Below, piece by piece: positions 1 to 12,464 of a DNA stretch of 64,000 bases. The stretch covers positions 123,692,001 to 123,756,000 of the forward strand of contig CM059432.1 in the NCBI GenBank assembly GCA_030390025.1, in the 5' to 3' direction. The DNA is from Squalus acanthias. Taxonomy: Eukaryota. The notes beneath the pieces were generated by a model. The model saw nothing but the letters and a program-made list of their open reading frames with translations. It searched no databases and was not told the DNA's origin. A program made the translations under genes and the position numbers. Positions within the stretch are counted from its first letter, which is position 1, and every line of letters starts with the position of its first letter.

Positions 1-2036
1 CTCCATCGCCCACCCTTCCCGGCCCCATCGCCCACCCTTCCCATCCCCATCGCCCACCCTACCCGGCCCCATCGCCCACCCTACCCGGCCCCATCGCCCA
101 CCCTACCCGGCCCCATCGCCCACCCTTCCCGGCCCCATCGCCCACCCTACCCGGCCCCATCGCTCACCCTACCCGGCCCCATCACCCACCCTTCCCGGCC
201 CCATCACCCACCCTTCCCTATCCCATCGCCCACCCTACCCTGTCCCATCGCCCACCCTTCCCGGCCCCATCGCCCACCCTACCCGGCCCCATCGCTCACC
301 CTACCCGGCCCCATCACCCACCCTTCCCGGCCCATCACCCACCCTTCCCTGTCCCATCGCCCACCCTACCCTGTACCATCGCTCACCCTACCCGGCCCCA
401 TCACCCACCCTTCCCGGACCCATCACCCACCCTTCCCGACCCCATCACCCACCCTTCCCTGTCCCATCGCCCACCCTTCCCCGTCCCATCGCCCACCCTT
501 CCCTGTCCCATCGCTCACCCTACCCATCCCCATCGCCCACCCTTCCCTGTCCCATCGCCCACCCTTCCCGGCCCCATCGCCCACCCTACCCGACCCCATC
601 GCCCACCCTTCCCGGCCCGATCGCTCACCCTACCTGGCCCCATCACCCACCCTACCCGGCCCGATTGCTCACCCTACCCGGCCCCATCGCCCACCCTACC
701 CGGCCCCATCACCCACACTTCCCGGCCCCATCACCCACCCTTCCCTGTCCCATCGCCCACCCTTCCCTGTCCCATCGCCCACCCTACCCTGTCCCATCGC
801 TCACCCTACCCGGCCCCATCACCCACCCTTCCCGGACCCATCACCCACCCTTCCCTGTCCCATCACCCACCCTTCCCTGTCCCATCGCCCACTCTACCCG
901 GCCCCATCACCCACACTTCCCGGCCCCATCACCCACCCTTCCCTGTCCCATCGCCCACCCTACCCTGTCCCATCGCTCACCCTACCCAGCCCCATCACCC
1001 ACCCTTCCCGGACCCATCACCCACCCTTCCCGACCCCATCACCCACCCTACTCAACTCCATCGCCCACCTTTCCCGGCCCCATCACCCACCCTTCCCGGC
1101 CCCATTGCCCACCCTACCCGGCCCTATCGCCCACCCTTCCCTGTCCCATCGCCCACCCTTCCCATCCCCATCTCCCACCCTTCCTGGCCCCATCGCCCAT
1201 CCTTCCCATCCCCATCGCCCACCCTAGCCGGCCCCATCGCCCACCGTAACCGGCCCCATCACCTACCCTTCCCGGCCCCATCGCCCACCCTACCCAACCC
1301 CATCACCCACCCTACCCGGCCCCATCGCCCACCCAACCCGGCCCCATCGCCCACCCTTCCCATCCCCATCGCCCACCCTTCCCTGTCCCATCGCCCACCC
1401 TTCCCGGCCCCGTCGCCCACCGTACCCAGCCACATCGCCCACCCTACCCGGCCCCATCGCCCACCCTTCCCATCCCCATCGCCCACCCTTCCCAGCCCCA
1501 TCGCCCACCCTTCCCTGTCCCATCGCCCACCCTTCCCGGACCCATCGCCCACCCTTCCCTGTCCCATCGCCCACCCTACCTGGCCAAATCGCCCACCCTA
1601 CCCGGCCCCGTCGCCCACTCTACCCGGCCCCATCGCCCACCCTTCCCTGTCCCATCACGCACACTACCCGGCCCCATCGCCCACCCTTCCCTGTCCCATC
1701 GCCCACTCTACCCGGCCCCATCGCCCACCCTTCCCTGTCCCATCGCCCACCCTACCCGGCCCCGTCGCCCACTCTACCCGGCCCAATCGCCCACCCTACC
1801 CGGCCCCGTCACCCACTCTACCCGGCCCCATCGCCCACCCTACCCGGCCCCGTCGCCCACTCTACCCGGCCCCATCGCCCACCCTTCCCGGCCCAATCGC
1901 CCACTCTACCCGGCCCAATCGCCCACTCTTCCCGGCCCCATCACCCACTCTTCCCATCCCCATCGCCCACCCTACCCGGCCCCATCGCCCACCCTTCCCG
2001 GCCCGATCTCCCACCCTTCCCGGCCCGATCTCCCAC
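1..2036. repeat. C-rich 22-bp minisatellite (consensus CCGGCCCCATCGCCCACCCTTC), about 90 units, runs off the window start
   Basis: Directly visible tandem 22-nt period with variants (CCTGTCCC/CCGGCCCC, CTAC/CTTC). The Pro/Gly-rich ORFs here are artefacts of the repeat. Confidence 0.97.
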
Positions 2037-2070
2037 CAGGTTTTGGGTGTCCTCATACATGAAACACAAA

Positions 2071-2837
2071 GGGCCAAAAATTCGGCACTTGCCGGGTGAG
2101 TACGCACTGTGTACTCACCCGTAAAGCCTCCTGAAGTGCCAGTTTCATGCATGCACTGCGCATGCGCGGGAAACCGGAACTTCCGGTCTCATGAAGGGAG
2201 CGGTTCAGAGGTGAACCGCGTGCGCGCTAGAGGCTGCGCGCACGCAGCAAACTTAGGTTTTTTTTCAGGTTTCTCCGGGAGGGTAAGTATTGAAGAAGCT
2301 GCGCTTTTAAAAAGGAGGCGCAGGACCCGTTTTTAACAAGGTAAGTGGTTAATTAATTACTATTTAAAAAAAATTTCAACAGGTTTATCTTTTTTAGATA
2401 CTTTAAAGAAAGGTAAGTTTATTTTTAGCACTGTTAAAAAGTATTTTAATTTTTCCAAAAATTTAAATTTTTGTTTAAAGTAGTTAATTTATTTAACTTA
2501 TAGTTATTTTAAAAATGTGATGGTTTTTAAAAAAAAATTATTTGAAGTTTAGGTGTTGTTTTGGGGCCGATTTCAATTCATAGATTTGACAGGTCTTCCT
2601 GTGAAATCTATGAATGAAAGATGGTCTGCTGCCATTGGCTCTCCATGGCCCACGTGATCCCAGGGGACGCATCGCACTAACTACGCCCCTGGGATACACA
2701 AGCACTGCGCGCCGGCAGTTGGAGCAGGCCCAGGAGCTGAAGTCCCCGTGGGCCCAGAGGTCAATGGCAGGTGCGGTAGGTAGGTGCGCGCGGGATCCTT
2801 GCACCCGCGGGAAGCCAGGGAGCCTAATTTCTGGGCC
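2071..2837. mobile_element. Harbinger-type MITE with AT-rich centre
   Basis: Imperfect TIRs GGGCCAAAAATTCGGC / GCCTAATTTCTGGGCC, flanked by AAA/AAT. It splits a CR1 coding segment. Confidence 0.75.
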
Positions 2838-3156
2838 AATAAGTCAGCATGCAGGTGCAGCAAGTAGTTAGGAAGGCAAATGGAATGTTGGCCTTTATTT
2901 CAAGGGGAATAGAGTATAAAAGTAGGGAAGTCTTGCTACAACTGTACAGGGCGCTGGTGAGAGCACATAGAGTACTGCGTACAGTTTTGGTCTCCTTATT
3001 TAAGGAGGGATATACTTGCGTTGGAGGCTGTTCAGAGAAGGTTCACTAGGTTGATACCTGAGATGGAAGGGTTGTCTTATGAGGAAAGGTTGAGCAGGTT
3101 GGGCCTATACTCATTGGAGTTTAGAAGAATGAGAGGTGATCTTATTGAAACATATA

Positions 3157-4049
3157 GGGGTAGAAATTAGGTCGCGCCCCATTTGGGGCGCAAATATCGT
3201 CCGGACGCAAATATTAGCGCCTGGCGCTAATTATCGGCACTGACAGGAAACTTCACTTTTACCGCCCCGGGAGGTGAGTGGAGCGCTAAAGCAGGCGCTG
3301 CACACCTCTCTTAAGGCGCAAAGGCCGAGCAGTGAGGCGCTAACTCGGAGCGCTGGCGAAGCTCATGTCATGTCAGTCAGCAATGGAACACACACACAAT
3401 GGCACGGGCCAGTTCTTAAAGGGGATGGTTAATCTTGCTTTCCATCCACATCCTGTTCATTGCTGCCTTGAATCTCGGCCTGGAGAGACTTGCACATCAA
3501 ATGTGCTGGAAAGAACAATGGAAAGTACCAGGCAAAGAGCTCAGAGTGCAGCTCCCACAGTCTCTGCTAAATCGATACAAGGAATGGCAAATCAAACTGA
3601 ACCTGCAAAGTGCTGCTCAGTACCCAAAACTCCTTCACACAACGTTGAATCTCTCCAGAAGTCTCTCCCTCTCTCTCTCAGAATGCGTAGTTCAAAAATG
3701 CCACCAACAATAAAAGACAGGAAGAGGCCCCCTTTAAATAGCGCCCCCCCCAGCCCCACAGCGATTGATAGCGTTCCAGTCTTCTGGTCGTTGGAAGCGC
3801 CAGGCGGTAAGGCAGGGGGCGCCACTCAATTTCCGCTACGGGGCGCCACAAGGGCGTTGCACCATGGAATGACGTCACAATCTGCGCGTGCAGGTGGTCG
3901 CAGCGGTAAGTTTTAGCGCCGCCGCACAATCTCAAGTTAAGTTCTCGAGCAGCGCAAACATCGCTGCGCCCGGGCGTTAGCGGCTTTGCGCCCCATTAGC
4001 GCCCTCTTAAGGCGCTAACGGGAGGCGCAACCAAGTGAATTTTTACCCC
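3157..4049. mobile_element. ~890-bp GCGC-rich Harbinger-type MITE, family A copy 1
   Basis: TIRs GGGGTAGAAATT / AATTTTTACCCC and TSD ATA. Excision restores CR1 codons GAA ACA TAT AAG ATT CTG. Three more copies are in the window. Confidence 0.92.
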
Positions 4050-4430
4050 ATAAGATTCTGAGGGGGTTGGACAGGGTAGATGCTGAGAGGATGTTTCCCC
4101 TATTGGAGGAATCTAGAATGAGGGGGCATAATCTCAGAATAAGGGGTCGCCAATTTAAGACGGAGATGAGGAGGAATTTCTTCTCTCAGAAGGTCGTGAA
4201 TCTTTGGAATTCTTTATCCCAGAGAGCTGTGGAAGCTGAGTCTATGAATATATTCAAGGCTGAGATAGACAGATATTTGAGCTACAGGGGGGTCAAGGGT
4301 TATGGGGAGCGGGCAGGAAAGTGGAGTTGATGCCAAAATCGGATCAGCCATGATCTTATTAAATGGCGGAGCAGGCTCGAGGGGCCAATGTCGTGCTCCT
4401 GCTCCTATTTCTTATGTTCTTATGTTCTTA

Positions 4431-4781
4431 TTCCCGGCCCAATCTCCCACCTTTCCCGGCCCGATCTCCCATCCTTCCCGACCCAATCTCCCACCATTCC
4501 CGGCCCGATCTCCCACCATTCATGGACCGATCTCACACCCTTCCTGGGCCGATGACTGTTCACTCACCCTTCACTCACCTGAGGGGGCGCTGCAATGCCC
4601 CAATCTTCAATTACACTTCACCAGCAGCTCCGCGCAGCACGCCAGCTCCATGGAAATGAGGCCCAATCCTCAATATCGGGGCGCCTTGGGCCACTCCATT
4701 CAGGTGCGGGAACTGTGTCCTTATTCCCCCCACCCCCCAACCACGCACACCTAAATATGGACGCAGTGAAAATCTAGGCCC
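4431..4781. mobile_element. Resumed 22-bp repeat units plus right end of the MITE that hosts the minisatellite
   Basis: Units TTCCCGGCCCGATCTCCCACC resume right after the CR1 tail. The segment ends in GAAAATCTAGGCCC, matching the local Harbinger TIR pattern. The left TIR is outside the window. Confidence 0.6.
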
Positions 4782-4800
4782 ACATTTTTGTCAGTATATT

Positions 4801-6468
4801 GACCAGGATTTTTCGGTAGAAAAAAACAGCAAAGCTCTCAGCGCCCACCATTAATAAGGAGTACATCAGACAGCAACTTCCGGAGTCCGTACATGTGCAG
4901 TTAAATGTGGAAATCAGGAAGTTACTATCTGAGTTGCCCTGCTCCTCCACAAGCTTTGCTACACTGGTATCTCGCCAAGAGACTCAGGAGGAGAAATTCG
5001 GTATCGCCCCATTTGGGGCGCAATTATCGGCCGGACGCAAAGTTTAGCGCTTGGTGCTAATTATAGCCTCCGACTGCAAACTTGGCTTCTATCGCCCCTG
5101 GAGGTGATTGGAGCGCTAAATCAGGCATTACACACCTCTCTTAAGGCGCTAATGTTGAGGAGCGAGGCGCTACCTCAGAGCGCTGGCGAAGCTCAGGTGA
5201 TGTCAGTCAGCAATGGAACACAGACACACTGGCGCTGGCCAGTTCTTAAAGAGTAGGGTTGATCTTGCTCTCCATCCACACCCTACTCATTGCAGCCTTG
5301 AATCTCAGCCTGGAGAGACCTGTACATCAAATCTGCTGGAAAGAACAATGGAGAGGCCCAGGGAAAGAGCTAAGAGTGCAGCCCCCCATAGTCTCTTCTA
5401 AATCGATGCAAGGAAGGTCAAATCAAAATGAACCTGCAGAGTGCTGCTCAGTACCCAAAACTCCTTCACACAGCGTTGAATCTCTCCAGAAGACTCTCTC
5501 TCTCTCTCAGAATGCGTGGTGCAAAAATGTCGCCGACAAAAAAAGGCAGGAAGCGGTTGCCTTTAAATAGCGCTCCCCCAGTCCCTTCCCAATTGCAAAA
5601 CGCTCCCCTCAACCTGTCGTTGCTAGCAGCAGGCGGTAAGGCAGGGGGCGCCACTCAATATCCGGTCCGGGGCGCTACCAGGGCGTTGCACACTCGACTG
5701 ATGTCACGATCTGTGGGCGCAGGAGATCGTGGCGGTAGTGATTAGCGCCGCCGCAAAATGTCTGGTCAATTTTGCGAGCGGCGCAAACATCGCCACGCCC
5801 GGGCGCTAGTTACTTTGCGCCCCATTAGTGCCCTCTTAGGGCGCTAATGGGAGGCGCAAAGCAACCGAATTTTTTCCCCTCAGCATTTAAACACACGAAG
5901 GGCATGAAGTTGCGGTAATTACCCACTCGATACCCACTAAACACGCCAGAAAAGGTTAAGGCTTGTCCTTTCAAGTGTAAGTGAATTTTTAACAGTGTGA
6001 TAAGTCTTAATTACTACCAAACAACTGTCTAGCCCTGAAAATTTACTTTTAGAAGTGTGGAGTCTCATTTCTTCAGATTTTAATTATTTTGGAGATTTTA
6101 AAAAATTAAAAAATTAAAATAATGTTTTTAACTTTTTCTGTCGATCTCTTTTGTCTCTCTCTCTCTTAATCCCATTTTTCTTTCCCTCTCTTTATTTCAC
6201 TTTCTGTACATGACTTTACATTGGATTAAATATTCTAACTTGCACTTCCTGGTTCAGACTCTGCATGCCTCAGTAAGGATTCTTCAATCTGATTGGTTAG
6301 GGAGACACACCGTTGCTTGCCCTGTTCCCCTGTAGAGGGCGCCGTGCTGTTTTGATTCTCTAATTACCACAAGTCGCAGTGCAAAAGCCCACAGAGAGTC
6401 TGTGGGAAAGTGTAAGTGTCATGAACGGCGAGCGCTGTTAGTTCGCCGCTGACCGCAAAATCCAAGTC
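4801..6468. mobile_element. Harbinger-type MITE family B, interrupted by a family A MITE
   Basis: TIRs GACCAGGATTTTTCGGT / ACCGCAAAATCCAAGTC, flanks ATT/AAT. The internal sequence is reverse-complement similar to 55893-61238 and more distantly to 61274-62067. Confidence 0.75.
4987..5879. mobile_element. Family A MITE copy 2
   Basis: Collinear with 3157-4049. TIRs GGAGGAGAAATTCGG / CCGAATTTTTTCCCC, TSD TCA. Confidence 0.92.
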
Positions 6469-6869
6469 AATGTATAGAAATGCATTACAATATAAAATCT
6501 ACACCAAAGTGCCATCTCATTCCTATACAGGCGGTGGTGTGCTCTGTAGTTTGGGATGTGTTTGATCCTATAACTTTGTACATTGTCGATGAATTCGTTG
6601 TTCATTGAATAATTTTATCTACGAGCTATGTTTCACCATGAAGTGCTTAAATGCACAAAACTTTCTATCATTGTTTGCTCTATGCTATTAGCATGATAGA
6701 CAATCTTGGATTATGGCAGAGGAGGCCTCCCTGAGGATTTATAGATGCCACATTAGTCTTATTGATTTGTCCGACTTGTATGGTTTTTGGAGATTTGTAT
6801 TGAATAAGTAAATGATGACTGATCCATATGTAGAGTTAATAGAGAATTTAGTGTCGGGCTTGCACAAAA

Positions 6870-7275
6870 TGTGCCATGTCAGTGGCGGTGAAGGTGATCT
6901 CTGCACTCACAGTCCATGTTACCAAACCATTCAGACCCCATTGGTACTACGGTGCACATCAATCCGTCAACAATGCCCAAAGTCATTGTTCACTCCATTG
7001 CTGCTTTATTCAGAAGGCTGCTTCACTCTACTCGCATTCTTAATATATCCCCACAGCAACAATAGGAATCAATGAGGCTTTCTTTGACTTTGCTACTTCC
7101 CCCAGTGTGCCCTGTTCCATTGACTGTACCCACATTCCTGCCCATGAACATATGGAGAATTACACATCTAATGGAACAGGAGAGTCTCCCATTCCATTAA
7201 AGTCCAGCAGTCTGTGATGCCAGGTGTATCATCACAAGCTTAGCTGCCAACATCCCTGGCAGCACAACATAGCCG
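6870..7275 (+). pseudogene. Highly decayed Harbinger (HARBI1-like) transposase remnant
   Basis: Motif remnants IDCTHI (about 7119), HSIKVQ, VCDA and AANIPGST occur in transposase order across broken frames. Confidence 0.6.
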
Positions 7276-7319
7276 TCCCACTGTGTGGAGCAGCCAACAT
7301 TGCAGGTGGTCCATTTGTA

Positions 7320-7945
7320 TTCAAGAATAAGGGGTCATAATAAAATTTAAGCTAAGCCATTCAGGAGTAAAATCAGGAAGCACTTTTTCACACAAAGGGT
7401 AGTAGAAATCTGGAACTCTCTCCCCCAAAATGCTGTGGATGCTGGGACAATTGGAGCATCCAAGACTGAAATGGATAGATATTTGTTAGGTAAGGGTATC
7501 AAGGGATATGGAGCAAAGGCAGGAAAATGGAGTTGAGTTACAGATCAGCCATGATCTAACTGAATGGTGGAGCAGACCCAAGGAGCTGAATGGTCTACTC
7601 CTGTTCCTAATTTTCTATGTTCCTAAATAATGATCATTTTTATCCCACTGGTCAGGGAAACGGTACCAAGAAAGCATACATTTAAGATAATCACAAAAAG
7701 AATTAACAGAGAGCTTAGAAAACATTTCTTTCACAGAGGGTGGTCTGAATGTGGGATTCTCTGCCACAAACCATTGTTGAAGCAGAGTCGATAAGCATTT
7801 CAAAAGGGAATTTGTTTGAAAAAGTGGAATATTAAAAGATGGATTGTGAGAAGAACAGGATTATACTGGATGGCTAATTTAGAGACAAACACCAGCAGTT
7901 TGATGGGCCAAATGGCCTGTTTCTGTGCTGTGACATTCTATAATC
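7320..7945 (+). mobile_element. Two short CR1 3'-end fragments
   Basis: KHFFTQRVVEIWNSLP-type sequence and the CR1 3' UTR (GATCAGCCATGATC...GAATGG...CTACTCCTG) shared with other copies. Confidence 0.8.
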
Positions 7946-8260
7946 TGATGGTAGTGATCACGACAGAATTAATTGTACATAGTCTGTGGAAGGAATGGGG
8001 CAGATGGTCCATATCACCTTTTCGAATTATGTTTTGTTTTTGAGGGAAGGAGAGTCATCCAGGGCTCCGACTGTGCTCCTGTCAACCACTGGATACAGAG
8101 TCATACTTGCAGAGACCTGGGACAGTTCCAGCTGTCTGCCCTCTTGGCAGGTGCTGGCGTAGGATGACCAACAAAATCAGAAGGGAGAAAAAAACTTAAG
8201 ATTCTTTAAAAATGATTAAATCTAACAAGATCGAAGCTTACTCCCAGAATGTTTTCAAGC

Positions 8261-8690
8261 AGAAACATAGAAACATAGAAACATAGAATCTAGGAGCAGG
8301 AGTAGGCCATTCGGCCCGTCGAGCCTGCTCCACCATTCAATACGATCATGGCTGATCATCCAAATCCAGTACCCTGTCCCTGCTTTAATCCCCACAGTAC
8401 ACATATCCCACCCTACCCCCGTAACCCCACGTATTTAATTCCCCCTAACATATCCCATCCTATCCCCATAACCACACATATTTAATCCCCCCCTAACACT
8501 AAGGGTCAATTTATCATAGCCAAATCAACCTAACCCGCACATTTTTGGACTGTGGGAGGAAACCGGAGCACCCGGAGGAAACCCACGCAGACACGGGGAG
8601 AATGTGCAAACTCCACACAGACAGTCACCCTAGGTCAGATTCAAAACCGGGTCCCTGGCGCTGTGAGGCACCAGTGCTAACCACTATACC
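8261..8690 (-). mobile_element. tRNA-derived V-SINE (HE1-like) with CR1-derived tail
   Basis: The minus strand has an A/B-box tRNA-like head, the V-domain (TGTGTGGAGTTTGCACATTCTCCCCGTGTCTGCGTGGGTTTCCTCCGGGTGCTCCGGTTTCCTCCCAC) and a (TTCTATGT)n tail. Nearly identical to 26767-27195. Confidence 0.9.
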
Positions 8691-8709
8691 TCTCTGATAG
8701 TCAAAATGC

Positions 8710-9052
8710 TTTTTTTTTATTCGTTCATGGGATCTGGGCGTCACTGGCAAGGGCAGCATTTATTGCCCATCCCTAGTTGCCCTTGAGAAGGTGGTGTTGA
8801 GCCACCTTCTTGAACCGCTGCAGTCCGTGTGGTGAAGGCAGTCCCACAGTGCTGTTAGGTAGGGAGTTCCAGGAGTTTGACCCAGTGACGATGAAGGATC
8901 GGTGATATACTTCTAAGTCGGGATAGTGTGTGACTTGGAGGAGAACTTGGAGGTGGTGGTGTTCCCATGTGCCTGCTGCCCTTGTCCTTCTAGGTGGAAA
9001 AGGTCACGGGTTTGGGAGGTGCTGCCGAAGAAACCTTGGCGAGTTGCTGCAG
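8710..9052 (-). mobile_element. 3' fragment of a second LINE family (CR1/L2 group)
   Basis: Reverse complement matches the 3' part of 23403-23982. Poly-T at 8710 is the tail. Confidence 0.8.
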
Positions 9053-10950
9053 TGTTGCTACATTATGTAAAGTATTTTTTGGAAAAAGAGAAGGGAAAGT
9101 GCAAATGATCTCATTCTCTGATAAATAATTAAAGATCATCAATAATTTAAGCACACATAACTTGTGAGGAATGAACTCTGTGTTCTTTTGTTTCAGCCCA
9201 GTACATTTGGAGCAGTGGTTCACTATGTTAATGGTATAGTTTACTGTGCTATATAGATCATACATAATACATTGAGCAAAATTAATGACTAAGGTCATAA
9301 GAAGTATTTTGATTGCCATTATCCAGTTTATGATTAATGAATGAAGAACTTTGAAGTGTTTTAAATTAAAGTAAGGCCTCCTGCTTTGTATGATTAAACA
9401 ACATTATTACATTCCATTATGGTTTGCATTAATGTGGAAGGACAAGAAGCAGCTTATAAAAGCTACTTAATTGGGAAAAATAACTAGGAATATTTGCTAT
9501 GACACTGTGCCTGTAAGATTGCTGAAATTTCAAAGCAATTATATTCACAATTTACAGGCACTTGAAAATTAATTAGTTATACTGCAAATTTTTATTTTAG
9601 TTGAATTTGCCAGCTATACTCTTAAACAATTCACCTTTATAGAGGAACACTTTGCCTCCAAGAATGTAGCACTTAACTTACTGTATATAGCGTGTCTAGC
9701 CCATCCTTTCCAATATTCTCTGCTCTAGATCATCGCCACTATAAGCCTTTTATGTATTAAAAGGTCCATCTTCACTTCAAAGGCAAGACTTTGAAATTCA
9801 CTAAAACATTAATGCAACTCAAACCCAGCTGAAAACATTCGAGATAGCTCTGCTAGTTTTATTCTAGTCCACCATTGGTGTTCGCTATTGGATGTGAACA
9901 AAATAATTTAACACAATTACTGTGGATATGCTAATGTAAGGTACTGCTAGACTTGAGTTTCCTGTACCCCCGCTAATAGATCTGGTATTTTCAGTTTGTT
10001 ATATTTCAAACAATCAAACCATAATTTACTTTTTAAACAGTACTGCTGTTGAAATCAATGCCAATCTAATTTTATTGCTAAATCTTCTAAGTGCTACATA
10101 TTATCTAAGATTATTGAGCAATCTAGCGAGCTCACCAAATGCCCACATCTTAAAATTTACACCTCAATGGGGGGAGGCCCAGTTGAGTGTTTTGCGCTAA
10201 CTATACCCCTGACAACAACCCAAATTTAAGTACCAGTTTCCTAATGAAGAGAACTGTGGAGCCTAAAAGGAATGTTAAATACTGACAACATTGTATGTGG
10301 TTGAGCGAAAATCAGCCCGAGAACGTGCTTATCTGAGCAGGGGCACTGAAATAAAAACAGAAAGTGCTGGAAATTATCAGCAGGTCAGGTAGCACCTGTG
10401 GAGAGAGAAACAGAGTTAACGGGCTGGATTTTCATAGGGCCGTTGAGGCGGGATTGGAGGCGTGTGGGGGGTTAAAATTGCAGAAACTGGCAGGCGGGCC
10501 TGATCCCACCTCCATCCCGCCTCCACGCAATTTTGATGAAATCGTGTCTACTGGTCCTGTCTCTGTCCCGCCTCCAAGAGGCGGGAGAGGCCATTAATAC
10601 CCTTAACAAGCCCTAAATTGGCTCTGTAATGCAACTTTGATAGTTTTTTGCTAGTTTAATCCTTTTTCCACGTGAAGCACGCCTGATCTGAAACATGCCA
10701 GTGAAACCTGGCGGGAGCACAAGTGGATTGCTGACTCTCAGCTGCATCTCAACCATTAAATAGGAGATTTGATCAGCCATCATTTGCAGGTGGCAGGTCT
10801 TTGTTGTCACAGGTCTGGGGGAACTTTTAGAAGGCATAACCACAGCTCTGGAAGTTTGGAGCCTGACACCCATCTCCAGTGTGACCTCCTGGGAAACCCC
10901 TCTTGTCACCCTCATTGAGCGTTTCCTCAACTGAGGCATATACCAGAGGC

Positions 10951-12207
10951 ATGGGAGTCATTTATTTCCTTCCCTCCTGGGCATCAGATGAGGACGAACA
11001 CCAGCCGTGGCACCAGCAGAACCATGAACAACAGCAGCACCAACAGCAGCAGCAACAGCAGGAGCGCCAAGCTGCTGCTCACCTGCCTGAAGCTGCACAG
11101 GCCAGAAGGGGCCAGCGCATGGAAGGCCGTCGGCGCAGGAGATACCCCCCAAACAGGGTCTACAGACACAGGGTCAGCTACCTCAACATGACTGAGCAGC
11201 AGTGCCAAAGGCGGCTCCGACTTTCGCGAGAGGTAGTGGGTGATATCTGCGCAATGCTGCAACAAGACCTGGAGCCCAGAGGACCAGGTGGACACCCCTT
11301 ACCAGTGGCCGTCAAAGTCACCACCGCACTCAACTTTTTTGCCTCAGGCTCATTCCAGGGATCAGCAGCAGACATCAGCGGCATCTCCCAGGCGGCCGCA
11401 CACACCTGCATCATGCAGGTAACCGATGCCCTCTTTGCCATCGCGCACAATCACATCCATTTCACCAAGGATCGAGCAAGTGTCACGGCGCGTGCGGTTG
11501 GATTAGCTAATCTGGCAGGCTTTCCAAGGGTGCAGGGCGTCGTTGACTGCACACATGTGGCCCTTAAGGCACCCCATCGCAATCCAGGTATTTTTGTCAA
11601 CCGCAAGGGCTTCCACTCCCTCAACGTTCAGCTGGTGTGTGACCACAAGAAGGAAGTTTTGCATGTTTGAGCAAAATACCCTGGCAGTTGCCATGACTCC
11701 TTCATACTGCGCCAGTCTAGTGTGCCTCTGCTATTCAGTCCGCCAGACCAACTTAACGGATGGCTACTTTGAGATAAGGGCTATCCCCTGAAGACGTGGC
11801 TAATGACGCCGTTGAGGAGCCCATCCAACGCAGCTGAGGAGCACTACAACTCCAGCTACATTTCCGCCAGAGCCATAATCGAGCAAACCATCGGTATGCT
11901 GAAGATGCGCTTCAGATGCCTGGATAGATCAGGTGGAGCCCTGCAATACTCAGCAGCCAGGGTCTCCAGAATCGTCGTGGTTTGCTGTGCACTTCACAAC
12001 ATGGCACAGCGTCGTGGCTTGCAGATGCCGGAGGACCAAGTGGTTCCTCACATAGCCTCCTCAGATGAGGAGGAGGAGGAGGTGGAGGAGGAGGAGGAGA
12101 GAGAGAACGAACAACTTGCAGAGGCCCATCAACCAGCGGCAGCATTACGCGAGACCATAGCTGCCCAGAATGCAAGGGATGCACTCATCTTGGCCAGATT
12201 TGCTTAG
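10951..12207 (+). pseudogene. Harbinger DDE transposase (HARBI1-like), 418 codons, two in-frame TGA stops
   Basis: One frame from ATG 10951 to TAG 12207 with [31 protein letters not shown], (G)DKGYP and [15 protein letters not shown] motifs. Stops at 11668 and 11770. Confidence 0.93.
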
Positions 12208-12464
12208 CTTAGACAATCAAGCACTTTTGCCTCACAGCTTCTTACCAGAGCTACGACAATGGCCCAGACCCAGCGGATCCCTAACAATTTGACCACCATA
12301 CTGACAATTGCAAGTTATCCTAAGGCCTCATTGTGGAAGTCCCATTAGCGAAATGACAGACGCCACAACTGCAGCTGTAGCCATCAGAATTTTTATTTAC
12401 ACTTAACATCTGATTGCTTTTTTACATTAAACATCAAATTTCACCCAAGTGACTACCCTTGTGA

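Larger units (their letters stand above)
2037..4430 (+). mobile_element. CR1-type LINE 3' fragment inserted in the minisatellite, itself interrupted by two MITEs
   Basis: Removing 2071-2837 and 3157-4049 restores the CR1 ORF2 C-terminus (LGVLIHETQKVSMQVQQVVRKANGMLAFISRG...ETYKIL...RNFFSQKVVNLWNSL). It ends in a (TTCTTATG)n tail at about 4410-4430. Confidence 0.92.

Noticed and set aside
665..1574. Long Pro/His- and Gly/Arg-rich ORFs
   Set aside because: They are translations of the 22-bp minisatellite, which lacks stops by composition.
1..2036. CRISPR-like array
   Set aside because: Units are contiguous with no unique spacers, there are no cas genes, and the context is eukaryotic.
3365..3916. 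Recurrent 100-180-aa ORFs in family A MITEs
   Set aside because: Frames and stops differ between copies and no domain is recognisable.
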